Notes: generated by a model from the letters alone, not told the origin. A DNA stretch of 49,132 nucleotides from an uncultured Collinsella sp. (GCA_900548075.1 URJD01000001.1:1-49132); one strand, 5' to 3'; positions 20,264 to 32,215 are shown, numbered from the stretch's first letter. Numbers and translations: made by a program.

Positions 20264-21520
20264 TTACATCCCCGTTAGCAGCACGATGTCGAGAATCGTC
20301 ACGATGGCACCGATTCCTACGAGCAGCGTGTTAAGCGGGCGCGAGTTGGCGTATTTGCCCATGACGCGGCGTGAGCTGGTGAGCCGTATAAGCACGAAAA
20401 CCGTGATCGGCAGCTGAAGCGACAGCAGTGCCTGGCTCCAGATGAGACCTTCAAAAGGATTTGGGACGACCAGACATGCCGCCACTGCGCCGGCGAAACA
20501 GGCCGCCACCCCGATCGAGGAATGTCGGTCGTGGACGTCGTATTCCTCGTCGAACATGCCCGCGGTGATTGTGCCTGCCGCCATGCCTGCCGTCACACTA
20601 CTCGAGAGGCCCGCAAACAGCAGCGCCACCGCAAAGATTGTCGAGCTTGCTGGGCCCAGAATGGGGGAGAGCGTGTCCGCTGCGACGGCGAGGTCGTCTA
20701 CGACAATGCCGTGCGCAAAGAAGGTCGTTGCGGCCAGGATGACCATGGCCGAGTTGATTGCCCAGCCCACGCCCATCGAAAAGAGCGTGTCGAAGAGCTC
20801 ATAGCGCAGACGCTCTTCGATAACCTGCTCGCCTTGGCCTTCGAAGTGCATGGATTGGATGACCTCGGAGTGTAAAAAGAGGTTGTGGGGCATAACGACC
20901 GCACCCAGGACACTTACGATAATCGCGGCCGAGCCAGTGGGCATGCTGGGCGTGATCCAGCTTGCGGCGGCTTGCGGCCAGTCGACCTTGACTAGTGCAA
21001 GCTCGGCCAAAAACGAGAGTCCTACCACGCCTACGAAGGCGATGATCCAGCGTTCGGCACGCTTGTAGGAGCTCGTCATGAGCATCGCCATCGATACTGC
21101 CGCCACGATGACGCAGCCCGCACGCACGGGCAGCCCAAAGAGCATTTGAAGGGCAATCGCGCCACCCAGGACTTCGGCCATGGCGGTGGCGATGGTCGCG
21201 AGATAGGCGCTGGCGAGCACCGTGCGTCCAACGAAGCGGGGGAGGTAACGTGTCGTGGCCTCGGCAAGACAGGCGCCCGTGGCGATACCCAGGTGCGCCG
21301 CATTGTGCTGCAGCACAATGAGCATAATCGTGGACAGTGTGACGATCCACAGCAGCGCGTATCCAAACTGCGAGCCCGCGGCCATATTGGAGGCCCAGTT
21401 GCCCGGGTCGATAAAGCCGACGGTCACGAGCAGCCCGGGACCGATATGCCGCGCAATGTCTAGGCCTCCGTGACCACCGGTGCGCCGGGAGCCAAAGTGT
21501 TGTTTGAGATGGTTGAGCAT
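20264..21520 (-). CDS. mntH: Nramp family divalent metal (Mn2+) transporter
   Basis: GPGLLVTVGFIDPGNWASN, GAVVMPHNLFLHS, SQALLSLQLP. Confidence 0.93.
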   Translation of the reverse strand: MLNHLKQHFGSRRTGGHGGLDIARHIGPGLLVTVGFIDPGNWASNMAAGSQFGYALLWIVTLSTIMLIVLQHNAAHLGIATGACLAEATTRYLPRFVGRTVLASAYLATIATAMAEVLGGAIALQMLFGLPVRAGCVIVAAVSMAMLMTSSYKRAERWIIAFVGVVGLSFLAELALVKVDWPQAAASWITPSMPTGSAAIIVSVLGAVVMPHNLFLHSEVIQSMHFEGQGEQVIEERLRYELFDTLFSMGVGWAINSAMVILAATTFFAHGIVVDDLAVAADTLSPILGPASSTIFAVALLFAGLSSSVTAGMAAGTITAGMFDEEYDVHDRHSSIGVAACFAGAVAACLVVPNPFEGLIWSQALLSLQLPITVFVLIRLTSSRRVMGKYANSRPLNTLLVGIGAIVTILDIVLLTGM

Positions 21521-21576
21521 GGTGAGCTCCTGCGTGCCGTTTGTTTGACGCCGCAAAGGATACCCGTTTTAGGCTC

Positions 21577-21600
21577 AAAAGTTAACCAAGACTAACAAAA
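21577..21600. promoter_or_regulatory. Possible DtxR/MntR-family operator upstream of mntH
   Basis: AT-rich imperfect palindrome aaaagttaaccaagactaacaaaa. Confidence 0.4.
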
Positions 21601-21638
21601 TTGTTGTATTTGAATAGGATGGTGAAAGGGGATTGCTG

Positions 21639-21703
21639 AAATGTCTTGATCTGTAACAACTAGTGATGGAAATTGGGTCTTACTGTTACAGATTGAGATG
21701 TTT
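21639..21703 (+). repeat. Palindromic element, 27-nt spacer family
   Basis: aaatgtcttgatctgtaac-N27-gttacagattgagatgttt. Confidence 0.85.
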
Positions 21704-21882
21704 GAAGAGGTGAGTTTGCAGGCCGAACTTGGGGCCTATGTTGTCGCCCTTGAGGTCGGCGGTGTCCACTCGTAGGGCGTGCGTTACGCGATTGTTTCGA
21801 AACGGGCGGGAAACACAACGGGCCGGTGATGCTCCTAGTATGCCTATTCAACTGACTGTCTAACACCAAGGGGAGGATCGCG

Positions 21883-24800
21883 ATGCAGGCAGATTCCGCT
21901 CAGCAGCAGGGCCTTTATCGCCCCGAATTCGACCACGATGCATGTGGCATCGGCGCGCTTGCCGATATCAACGGCGAGCGCCATCACCAGATCCTGGACG
22001 ACGCACTGTCCATTCTGGTTAACTTGGAGCACCGCGGTGGTACGGGACTCGAGAAGAACACCGGCGACGGCGCTGGCATCCTGTTCCAGGTTCCGCATCA
22101 CTTTTTCCGTAAAGAGGCTCAAAAGTGCGGCCAGATTCTGCCGGCAGAGGGCGACTATGGCGTGGCCATGCTGTTCTTCCCGCAGGACGACAAGGGCGTA
22201 GAGGATGCCCGTCGCGTGTTTGAGGAGGGCTGCGCCGAGGCCGGCGTGCCGCTGCTCTTTTGGCGCGAGGTGCCCGTCGACCCGCACGACCTGGGTGAGA
22301 CGGCCCGCGCCTGCATGCCTACCATCCTGCAGGCCTTTCTGGGCCGTCCGGACGACACGCCCGCTGGCGATGCCTTCGAGCGTCGTCTGTACGTGTGCCG
22401 CCGCACCATCGAGAAGAAGGCCGACGTCGAGTTTGCCCTGCGCGACAAGATCTTCTATGTGTGCTCCATGAGCTCGCGCACCATCGTGTACAAGGGTATG
22501 CTGGTCGCCACGCAGATGCGCCGCTTCTTCATCGACCTCAACGACGCCGCCGTCAAAACGGCCGTGGCGCTCGTTCACTCGCGCTACTCCACCAACACCA
22601 CGCCCAGCTGGGAGCGTGCGCACCCCAACCGCTTTATCATCCACAACGGCGAGATCAATACCCTCAAGGGCAACGTCAACTGGATTCGCGCCCGCGAACC
22701 CAACCTGTACAGCCCCGTGCTGCAGCACGATCTTGAGCGCGTGATGCCCATCATCAACCGCGAGGGTTCCGACTCGGCGATTTTGGACAACGTGCTCGAG
22801 TTTTTGGTCATGAACGGCCGTCCGCTTACGCGCGCTGCGTCCATGCTGCTGCCTGAGCCGTGGGACCACAACGATAGTCTGAGCGAGGAGCGCCGCGCCT
22901 ACGACGCCTACCAGTCCATGCTCATGGAGCCGTGGGACGGTCCGGCGGCCATCGCCTTTACCGATGGCCGTACCCTGGGCGCCGCCCTCGACCGTAACGG
23001 CCTGCGTCCCGCCCGCTATTATGTGACGCGCGACGGTCGCTTTATGCTGGCGAGCGAGGTGGGCACCATCGAGGTGAGCCCCGAGAACATTCTGACGAGC
23101 GGTTGCCTGGGACCGGGTCAGATGCTCGAGGTTGATTTTGCCCGCGGCCGCGTGATCTACAATGACGAGCTGCGCGCCCGTTACGCCAAGGAAAAGCCCT
23201 ACCGTGATTGGATTGCCGAGGAGACACTGACCGTCGACGCGCTCGATGAGCCCGTTTCGGCAACGTCCGCCGAGGACGCCGAGGTGCCCGCCGCCGTGCG
23301 TATGGCCAAGCTCGGCTACCACTGGGATGACGTCGACGAGGTCGTGCGTCCCATGGCCCAGCAGGGCAAGGCCCCGCTCGCCTCGATGGGTATCGATGCG
23401 CCGCTGGCCTGCCTGTCCAAGAAGACGCGTTCGTTCTTTGACTACTTCTATCAGCTGTTCGCCCAGGTCACGAACCCGCCGATCGACGCCCTGCGCGAGC
23501 ATATGGTCACTTCGACCACGCTCTACCTGGGCAACCACGGCAACCTGCTCGAGGATTCCCGCACGGCCTGTCAGCTGGTGCGCTTGGAGCGCCCGTTGCT
23601 CAACGAGGAAGAGTTCGAACATATCTGTGCCATCGACCGCGTGGGCTTTAAGACCCGCCGGTTCCGTGCCGTGTACCGCCGCGACGCGGGTGAGGGCGCG
23701 CTGCAGGCTGCGCTCAAGCAGCTTGCCGAAGACGTCGAGGCTGCGGTTCGCGATGGCGTGAACATCGTGGTGCTGAGCGACCGTGCCGCTGCGGGCGAGG
23801 TGCCCGTGCCGTCGCTGCTCGCCGTGGGCTGCGTGCACAACCACCTGATCCGTGCCGGCGTGCGCACCTTTGCCGATATCGTGGTGGAGTGCGGCGATGC
23901 CGTGTCTCCGCACGACTTTGCGGCACTGGTGGGCTACTCCGCGAGCGGCATCTATCCGTACAACGCACATGCGTGCATCCGCGATCTGGCGGCACACGGC
24001 GACCTGGACGTGACGGCCGAGCAGGGCATCGCCAACTACAACAAGGCTGCGACCGCCGGCATCGTCTCCATCATGTCCAAGATGGGCATCTCCACGGTGC
24101 AGAGCTACCATTCGGCGCAGATCTTCGAGGCCGTGGGCTTTACGCCGGAGTTCGTCAACGCGTACTTCGCCGGCACGGTGAGCCGTGTGGGCGGTATGGG
24201 TGTCGAGGACGTTGAGCGCGAGCAAAACGAGCGCTACGACGCCGCGCTCGCTATCCTTAAGAGCCCGGCTCCCGATCAGCTGCCCACGCTGGGTCTGACC
24301 AAGTGGCGCCCGCTCGGCGGCGAGGATCACCTGATCGACCCTCAGACCGTCTACCTGCTGCAGACCGCCTGCCGTGAGGACAGCTACGACACCTTTAAGG
24401 AGTACAGCGCTCGTCTGCACCGCACCGGCCGTGCCGTGCGCCTGCGCGACTTGCTCGACTTTAATGCCAGCGGCCGCACGCCGGTTTCGCTCGACGAGGT
24501 GGAGCCCGCGCTCAACATCGTCCGCCGCTTTAACACCGGCGCCATGTCGTACGGCTCCATCAGCAAAGAGGCGCACGAGTGCATGGCCATCGCCATGAAC
24601 CGCCTGCACGGACGCTCCAACTCGGGCGAGGGCGGCGAGGACCCGCGTCGCGAGACCCCGCTGGCTAACGGTGACTCAAAGAACTCCGCCATCAAGCAGG
24701 TAGCAAGCGCGCGCTTTGGCGTGACGAGCCGCTACCTGTGCAGCGCCTTCGAGATTCAGATCAAGATGGCCCAGGGCGCCAAGCCCGGCGAGGGTGGCCA

Positions 24801-26577
24801 CCTACCCGGCAAGAAGGTCTACCCCTGGATCGCCGAGGTCCGTCAGTCCACGCCCGGCATCGGCCTGATCTCGCCTCCGCCGCACCACGACATCTACTCC
24901 ATCGAGGACCTGGCCGAGCTCATCTTCGACCTTAAGAACGCCAACCCCGGCGCGCGCGTGTCGGTCAAGCTGGTCAGTGAGGCGGGCGTCGGCACCATCG
25001 CCACCGGTGTGGCCAAGGGTGCTGCCGACAAGATCTTGATCAGCGGCCACAACGGCGGCTCGGGTGCCGCTGCGCGCGACTCTATCTGGCACGCCGGTCT
25101 GCCGCTGGAGCTCGGTCTTGCCGAGGCTCAACAGACGCTGCTGCAAAACGGCCTGCGCTCACGCGTGGTGCTCGAGGCTGACGGCAAGCTCATGGACGGC
25201 ACCGATGTTGCCGTCGCCTGCCTGCTGGGCGCCGAGGAGTTTGGCTTTGCGACTATGCCGCTCATCTCGATGGGTTGCCTCATGCAACGCGACTGCCAGC
25301 AGGATACCTGCCCGGCCGGCATCGCTACGCAAAACTGCCGCCTGCGTCGCGGCTTCCGCGGCAAGCCCGAGCACGTTGAGCACTTTATGCTCTTTGTTGC
25401 CGAGCAGCTGCGCGAGGTCATGGCGAGCCTGGGCTTCCGCACCGTCGACGAGATGGTCGGCCATCCCGAGTGCTTGCGCCAGATCGAGGTCCCGGGCAAC
25501 CGCAAGGCTAACCTGCTGGATCTGTCGCCCGTGCTGGCAAGCGCGACCTGCGAGTTCGGTGCCCACATCCCGGGTGCCGACGGCCGTCACTTCCTGCCCC
25601 AGATGGCTGCGGACAGCGAGCTCGACAAGACGCTCGACTCCACGCTGTTCGTGCCCTATACGGCCGATGCCCGTGCCCACTTGCGTCCGATTCGCTTCCG
25701 CGCTGATATCGCCAACGTCAACCGTTGCGTGGGCACCATCCTGGGTAACGCGGTGACCAAGGCACATCCCGAGGGCCTGCCCGCCGGCTCCATCACCATC
25801 GATTGCGATGGATCGGCCGGTCAGAGCTTTGGCGCCTTCCTGCCGCGCGGCATTACGCTCAACGTGTGCGGCGACGCCAACGACTACTTTGGCAAGGGCC
25901 TTTCAGGCGGCGAGGTGTCGGTGCGTCCCAACCCGCATGCGACCTACAAGTTCGACGAGAACATCATCGTGGGCAACGTTGCGTTCTTTGGTGCCACGAG
26001 CGGCCGCGGCTTCATTAACGGTCTGGCCGGCCAGCGCTTTGGCGTGCGCAACTCCGGTGCCACCGTGGTGGTCGAGGGCTGCGGCAACCATGGCTGCGAG
26101 TACATGACGGGTGGCCTGGCGCTCATCCTGGGCGAGGTCGGGCAGAACTTCGCTGCCGGCATGACGGGTGGCGTGGCCTACGTCTTTGACCAGTACGGCA
26201 CGCTCGATGCCCGCGTGAACCACGAGAGCGTTGAGCTCAAGGCCCCGACTGCCGGCGAGCTGGCGCAGATTCGCGAGCTCATCCAGGAGCACGTGGACGC
26301 GACGCAGAGCCCGCGCGGCATCAAGCTGCTCTACAGCTTTGAGACGATGAGCAAGCACTTTGTGAAGGTCATTCCGACCGAGTACGAGCGTGTGCTGGCG
26401 ATTGTCGCCGCCGCCGAGGCCGTCGGCAAGACGCATGCGCAGGCCGAGGAGCTGGCGTTTGACATTGTGACCGGTCGCGCGAGTGCCGCGGATGTCGCTC
26501 GCTTCGATGTGGCGGGTGGTGTCGCTGGTGCTGTGCCCGCCGCCAGCTCTGTTGCTTCGACCAAGAAGGAGGCGTAA
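21883..26577 (+). CDS. gltB: Glutamate synthase large subunit
   Basis: DACGIG N-terminal Cys, HRGG..GDGAGI, EPWDGPA, MSYGSISKEAH, QGAKPGEGGHLPG, 3Fe-4S CLMQRDCQQDTCPAG. Confidence 0.99.
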   Translation: MQADSAQQQGLYRPEFDHDACGIGALADINGERHHQILDDALSILVNLEHRGGTGLEKNTGDGAGILFQVPHHFFRKEAQKCGQILPAEGDYGVAMLFFPQDDKGVEDARRVFEEGCAEAGVPLLFWREVPVDPHDLGETARACMPTILQAFLGRPDDTPAGDAFERRLYVCRRTIEKKADVEFALRDKIFYVCSMSSRTIVYKGMLVATQMRRFFIDLNDAAVKTAVALVHSRYSTNTTPSWERAHPNRFIIHNGEINTLKGNVNWIRAREPNLYSPVLQHDLERVMPIINREGSDSAILDNVLEFLVMNGRPLTRAASMLLPEPWDHNDSLSEERRAYDAYQSMLMEPWDGPAAIAFTDGRTLGAALDRNGLRPARYYVTRDGRFMLASEVGTIEVSPENILTSGCLGPGQMLEVDFARGRVIYNDELRARYAKEKPYRDWIAEETLTVDALDEPVSATSAEDAEVPAAVRMAKLGYHWDDVDEVVRPMAQQGKAPLASMGIDAPLACLSKKTRSFFDYFYQLFAQVTNPPIDALREHMVTSTTLYLGNHGNLLEDSRTACQLVRLERPLLNEEEFEHICAIDRVGFKTRRFRAVYRRDAGEGALQAALKQLAEDVEAAVRDGVNIVVLSDRAAAGEVPVPSLLAVGCVHNHLIRAGVRTFADIVVECGDAVSPHDFAALVGYSASGIYPYNAHACIRDLAAHGDLDVTAEQGIANYNKAATAGIVSIMSKMGISTVQSYHSAQIFEAVGFTPEFVNAYFAGTVSRVGGMGVEDVEREQNERYDAALAILKSPAPDQLPTLGLTKWRPLGGEDHLIDPQTVYLLQTACREDSYDTFKEYSARLHRTGRAVRLRDLLDFNASGRTPVSLDEVEPALNIVRRFNTGAMSYGSISKEAHECMAIAMNRLHGRSNSGEGGEDPRRETPLANGDSKNSAIKQVASARFGVTSRYLCSAFEIQIKMAQGAKPGEGGHLPGKKVYPWIAEVRQSTPGIGLISPPPHHDIYSIEDLAELIFDLKNANPGARVSVKLVSEAGVGTIATGVAKGAADKILISGHNGGSGAAARDSIWHAGLPLELGLAEAQQTLLQNGLRSRVVLEADGKLMDGTDVAVACLLGAEEFGFATMPLISMGCLMQRDCQQDTCPAGIATQNCRLRRGFRGKPEHVEHFMLFVAEQLREVMASLGFRTVDEMVGHPECLRQIEVPGNRKANLLDLSPVLASATCEFGAHIPGADGRHFLPQMAADSELDKTLDSTLFVPYTADARAHLRPIRFRADIANVNRCVGTILGNAVTKAHPEGLPAGSITIDCDGSAGQSFGAFLPRGITLNVCGDANDYFGKGLSGGEVSVRPNPHATYKFDENIIVGNVAFFGATSGRGFINGLAGQRFGVRNSGATVVVEGCGNHGCEYMTGGLALILGEVGQNFAAGMTGGVAYVFDQYGTLDARVNHESVELKAPTAGELAQIRELIQEHVDATQSPRGIKLLYSFETMSKHFVKVIPTEYERVLAIVAAAEAVGKTHAQAEELAFDIVTGRASAADVARFDVAGGVAGAVPAASSVASTKKEA

Positions 26578-26582
26578 GTGCC

Positions 26583-28064
<1,482 letters not shown>

Positions 28065-28093
28065 GGCGGCTGTCCACGGCTGAATCGTCAAGG

Positions 28094-28184
28094 GCTGTCC
28101 CCAACGGCCGGCCCAAAAGGAACGTCCCCAAGTGCCGGCAGCTGGGGGACGTTCCTTATGTGCCGGCATTCGGGGACACTCCTT
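28094..28184. repeat. REP-like cluster (GTCCCC core, tgccggca units)
   Basis: aaggaacgtccccaagtgccggcagctgggggacgttcctt...cggggacactcctt; near-identical reverse-complement copy at 40927. Confidence 0.75.
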
Positions 28185-28480
28185 GCAGGTTCGCAGGCGA
28201 CTTTGTCATTTGCCGACGTGCAAGTGTTCATTCGTCGACGTTTGCGACTGTGCTACTCTGCTCTTTCTGTGGTGGTAGCGGGCGTTTGCCTCAAATGAGT
28301 GAACTGACTGTCTATGTCTACCTGCGGTTTCTTTGCGGTGCGCTCATTCGGTCAAGTGTCCCGTCAAGTGTTTGGTCAGCAGTTGGTTTGCAGCCGGAGG
28401 CCTATTTTGCCCGCGCTGGCCACGGTCGTCTGCCCTCCCCGTAAGCTCAAATCGAGGCCCATCGATTTGAGGAGGATGCC

Positions 28481-29188
28481 ATGACTGACCACGTTTTAGA
28501 CCGAGCGCATCTGGCAGAAGCCGTCGGTAACGATATTGCCGACATGGCCCATTTTTGGATGCTGCGGAAGTTTCAATTCCTGGAGCCGGCGCGCGAGCAG
28601 TTCGAGATCATTGTCGATCCGTGGCTCAGCTATTGCACCGAGCCTTCGCAAAACGAAATCATGGCCTACAACATGGCGTTTACCGATTGGCTGCTCTTCG
28701 AGCGCCCCTATCGCCATGGTGCGACGTTGCTGGAGCTGTATGTTGAGGAACCGCCAACGTCAATTTCGCCCGCTTCGCTCGAGCGACTTAAGCAGGTACG
28801 CGACACGCAGTATTTCTCGCGCTTTGGCATTTTGGACAAGGATCCTGCGAACGGCATGGTTGCGCTGAAGGATACGCGCACCGACCGCCGTTTTGACGTC
28901 TACGACCCTCACATCGTGCAAAAGGAGCATTGGAGTGATGGTGCCATCGCGGTGCGCCTCGCCTGCGTCGACGATGTCTGGCTTACGGCGGGACAGCTCT
29001 ACCTGTATGACATCGCGCGCCTGAACGACACGGCGGTCGATGGGCCTGGTGCGGTGCATCCCGAGGATCTGCAGGACGGCTTTGACACCTCGTGCATCAG
29101 CTTCTTCTTGCGTCTGGTCCGCGACATCATGGGCGCCCAGGGGCGGTACGTAAAGTCCCTCAACATCTACGAACAGGAGTGGGAGTAG
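28481..29188 (+). CDS. Hypothetical protein
   Basis: GAGGAGG RBS, 235-aa ORF with host-like codon usage; no family recognised. Confidence 0.75.
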   Translation: MTDHVLDRAHLAEAVGNDIADMAHFWMLRKFQFLEPAREQFEIIVDPWLSYCTEPSQNEIMAYNMAFTDWLLFERPYRHGATLLELYVEEPPTSISPASLERLKQVRDTQYFSRFGILDKDPANGMVALKDTRTDRRFDVYDPHIVQKEHWSDGAIAVRLACVDDVWLTAGQLYLYDIARLNDTAVDGPGAVHPEDLQDGFDTSCISFFLRLVRDIMGAQGRYVKSLNIYEQEWE

Positions 29189-29200
29189 GAGCTGCTGATA

Positions 29201-29262
29201 AGTCTCGATGTGTAACGTTTAACGGCCTGGGGGCGGCCTAACTGTTACAGATTGAGATGTTT
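29201..29262 (+). repeat. Palindromic element, 27-nt spacer family
   Basis: agtctcgatgtgtaac-N27-gttacagattgagatgttt. Confidence 0.85.
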
Positions 29263-29410
29263 CGTCAGCACGGCCGAAGTATCGCCACGCTGTTTCCGTT
29301 TGTCCTCACATCTCTCTCGTCCCTCCGTTAACCGATATGCTCGACTTTAGGTCGCTGCATTAGGTGATAATGGACAAATGTTCATGTTAATCGTGAGGGA
29401 GGAGCTCGAT

Positions 29411-30781
29411 ATGGCGTCTGCCGATCGTTCCACGTTGTTTATCAATGCGACCATTCTGGATGGTTCGGAGCATATGGAGCCGCAACCCGATATGGCCGTG
29501 ACTGTTGAGCGCGGCGTCATCACCTGGATGGGGCCGAGTGCTGTGGCGCAGGCGCCTGCAGGTGCCGAGGTTATCGACCTGGGTGGTGCGTATCTCATGC
29601 CCGGTCTCATCAATATGCACGTGCACCTGTGCGGCTCGGGCAAGCCTGTCTCGGCCGGCGATGCGGGAGCGCTGATGAAGAAACTCGATAATCCCGTGGG
29701 CCGTGCCATCGTCCGCCGCATCCTCAAGGGCAGTGCCCAGCAGCAGCTGGCAAGCGGCGTGACCACAGTGCGCGGCGCGGGCGACCCGCTGTTTGCCGAC
29801 ATTGCCGTGCGCGACGCTATCGACGCCGGCAAGTATCAGGGTCCGCGCCTGGTAGCGCCGGGAACGGGCGTCACGGTGCCGGGCGGCCATGGCGCGGGCT
29901 TGTTCGCCCAGGTGGCCAACAGCCCCGTCGAGGCAGCCGAGCAGGTGCGAGACCTGTATGCGCGCGGTGCCGACGTCATTAAGCTGTTCGTAACGGGCGG
30001 TGTGTTCGATGCGACCGAGGTGGGCGAGCCGGGCGTGCTGCGTATGCCGGTGGAGGTTGCCGCGGCGGCGTGCAAGGCGGCGCACGAGGTGGGTCTGCCG
30101 GTTATGGCTCATGTCGAGAGCACCGAGGGCGTGAAGGCCGCGCTTGAGGCCGGGGTCGACACGATCGAGCACGGTGCCCCGATGACGCCCGAGATCCTGG
30201 AGCTGTATCGCGGCGCCGCGGGCACACAGCTCGAGGGACGCGCGCCGAGCGTGACCTGCACGATCAGCCCGGCGCTGCCGTTTGTATTGCTCGACCCGGA
30301 AAAGACCCATTCGACCGATACACAAAAGAAGAACGGCGACATCGTGTGCTCGGGCATCATCGAGAGCGCCCGTGCCGCACTGGAAGCTGGCATTAAGGTG
30401 GGCCTGGGCACGGACTCAAGCTGCCCGTTCGTGACGCAGTACGACATGTGGCGTGAGGTTGCCTATTTTGCCAAGTATGTCGGTGTGAGCAACGCCTTCG
30501 CGCTGCATACGGCTACGCAAGTCAACGCCGAGCTGCTGGGGCTGGGCGGCGAGACCGGTGCGATCGAGTGCGGCAAGGCCGCCGATATCCTGGTGACGCG
30601 CAAGAATCCGCTCGATGACCTGTGCGCTCTGCGTGAGCCGACGCATGTGATGTGTCGCGGTGATCTGGTACGCAAGCTCAAGGTGAAGCGTATTCCCGAG
30701 GTGGGCGCCGAGCTCGACGCGATTATGGCCATGCCTGCCGAAGCGCTGGCTGAGGAGCTGGCCCGCGACGGTGTGGCGTAG
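29411..30781 (+). CDS. Metal-dependent amidohydrolase (prolidase/imidazolonepropionase-like)
   Basis: MPGLINMHVHL, GVTTVRGAG, DVIKLFVTGG, VMAH, TIEHG, GLGTDS. Confidence 0.9.
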   Translation: MASADRSTLFINATILDGSEHMEPQPDMAVTVERGVITWMGPSAVAQAPAGAEVIDLGGAYLMPGLINMHVHLCGSGKPVSAGDAGALMKKLDNPVGRAIVRRILKGSAQQQLASGVTTVRGAGDPLFADIAVRDAIDAGKYQGPRLVAPGTGVTVPGGHGAGLFAQVANSPVEAAEQVRDLYARGADVIKLFVTGGVFDATEVGEPGVLRMPVEVAAAACKAAHEVGLPVMAHVESTEGVKAALEAGVDTIEHGAPMTPEILELYRGAAGTQLEGRAPSVTCTISPALPFVLLDPEKTHSTDTQKKNGDIVCSGIIESARAALEAGIKVGLGTDSSCPFVTQYDMWREVAYFAKYVGVSNAFALHTATQVNAELLGLGGETGAIECGKAADILVTRKNPLDDLCALREPTHVMCRGDLVRKLKVKRIPEVGAELDAIMAMPAEALAEELARDGVA

Positions 30782-30814
30782 ATGTGACAAAGGGGCAGCT
30801 CCGTTGCCGCATGC

Positions 30815-30852
30815 AAAAAGCCGAGGTCTCAACACGAGGCCTCGGCTTTTTT
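30815..30852. terminator. Bidirectional terminator
   Basis: aaaaagccgaggtctc-aacac-gaggcctcggctttttt between convergent genes. Confidence 0.85.
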
Positions 30853-30914
30853 ATCGAACAAATACTTAAGATTTGGGACAAACAAACCTGATTAATTTGT
30901 CCCGCGTGCGGGCG

Positions 30915-31388
30915 CTAGGAGCGGGTTTCCATCTTGGCGTGGCACTTGGGGCAGGTGACGCGGATCTTGCCTTTGCCCTTGGGGACGGAGAGCATCTGGC
31001 CGCAGTTGGGGCACTTGAGGTATGCCGTAGTTTTGCGGCCCTTCCACATCTTCTTAGCCGTGCGCTTGGCACGCTCAAAGTCTTCCTTGCTCGTTCCAGC
31101 CGCGCGCGAGGTGCTGGCCGCTGCAGCGCCGCCGCCCAAGCTGGCGACGAACTTGCCCAAGCCGGGGACGTTCGCGGTCGCGGCGACAAAGGCAGCGTTT
31201 TCCTTGCGACGCGCATCGATGTTTTTGGACAGGCCGCGCAGCACGCCAATCACGATTACGGCGATGGCAATCCAGCTGAGCCACTGGATGTGGGCTATCG
31301 ATCCGATCATCGCGATGACGATGCCGGCAAAACCCATCACGATGGTGAGTTCATCGGCACCATTGCGACCCTTCATAAAGTCATTCAT
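30915..31388 (-). CDS. Membrane protein with C-terminal zinc ribbon
   Basis: MNDFMKGRNGADEL, 2 TM segments, CPNCGQMLSVPKGKGKIRVTCPKC. Confidence 0.85.
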   Translation of the reverse strand: MNDFMKGRNGADELTIVMGFAGIVIAMIGSIAHIQWLSWIAIAVIVIGVLRGLSKNIDARRKENAAFVAATANVPGLGKFVASLGGGAAAASTSRAAGTSKEDFERAKRTAKKMWKGRKTTAYLKCPNCGQMLSVPKGKGKIRVTCPKCHAKMETRS

Positions 31389-31433
31389 GCAAATTGCCTT
31401 TCGTTCGATATGCTGCACGCCTTTATACCCGAT

Positions 31434-31533
31434 TTGGGGCAAGGGGGACAGGCCAATCTGCACCAAGGTGGTGCAAACGTACCTGTCCCCGATACGCCAA
31501 GATGATGCAAAGAAGTCTGTCCCCAATGCCCCA
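31434..31533. repeat. REP-like cluster (CTGTCCCC core)
   Basis: ggggacaggccaatctgcacca...tggtgcaaacgtacctgtcccc...tctgtccccaatgcccca; related to 2607-2673. Confidence 0.65.
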
Positions 31534-31534
31534 A

Positions 31535-31807
31535 TTACTTGGAGAGCTTGTCGACGACGCGTTCGATCTCGGCGAGCTTGGCGGCTTTGAGGTCTTCGTC
31601 GCCCGATTCGATTGCCGAAGTCACGCAGCCCTCGATATGCGCCTTGAGCACGTCGGCGTTAATGCGCGCGAGGAGCGCCTGTGTGGCCATGAGCTGCGTG
31701 GAAATATCGACGCAGTAGCGGTCCTCCTCGACCATCCGCAGGATGCCGTCGATCTGGCCGCGTGCCGTCTTGAGCATGCGGGTCACCGATTTGTGGTCTG
31801 CCATCAT
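31535..31807 (-). CDS. csoR: CsoR/RcnR family metal-sensing repressor
   Basis: LKTARGQIDGILRMVEEDRYCVDI..Q..A, LKAHIEGCV. Confidence 0.9.
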   Translation of the reverse strand: MMADHKSVTRMLKTARGQIDGILRMVEEDRYCVDISTQLMATQALLARINADVLKAHIEGCVTSAIESGDEDLKAAKLAEIERVVDKLSK

Positions 31808-31846
31808 GGCGGGTCCTCGTTTCTGGTCGGGGGTACGTGCGGGTCG

Positions 31847-32068
31847 TTATGCGGCGGTCACCGAAAGGGCGTGGAACTTCTCGCCGGCGCCCTCGACGGC
31901 GGCAGCGAGCTGCTCAGCGGTCACGGTGTCGGCGCACTCCACCTGTACGGTCTGAGTCTCGTGATCGGCGTCGGCGTCGGTCACGCCGGCCACGTTGAGC
32001 AACGCCGTCTCGACGGTGGCGTCGCAGTGGCCGCACATGAGGCCCGAAGTCTTGATTGTGAAACGCAT
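31847..32068 (-). CDS. copZ: CopZ-like copper chaperone (HMA domain)
   Basis: MRFTIKTSGLMCGHCDATVETAL. Confidence 0.85.
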   Translation of the reverse strand: MRFTIKTSGLMCGHCDATVETALLNVAGVTDADADHETQTVQVECADTVTAEQLAAAVEGAGEKFHALSVTAA

Positions 32069-32215
32069 GGGTATTCCTCTCTGTTGTGTCGGCTTTCCCA
32101 GGCACCCGACCTTGACCTTCAAGCCGTCGCTCGCGTACCAAAGTACGCGTCGCTCCTCTTTCAGGTCAATCTCGGGCACCTGGAAAACCCGTTCTAAATG
32201 GACTTAATGGCGATC

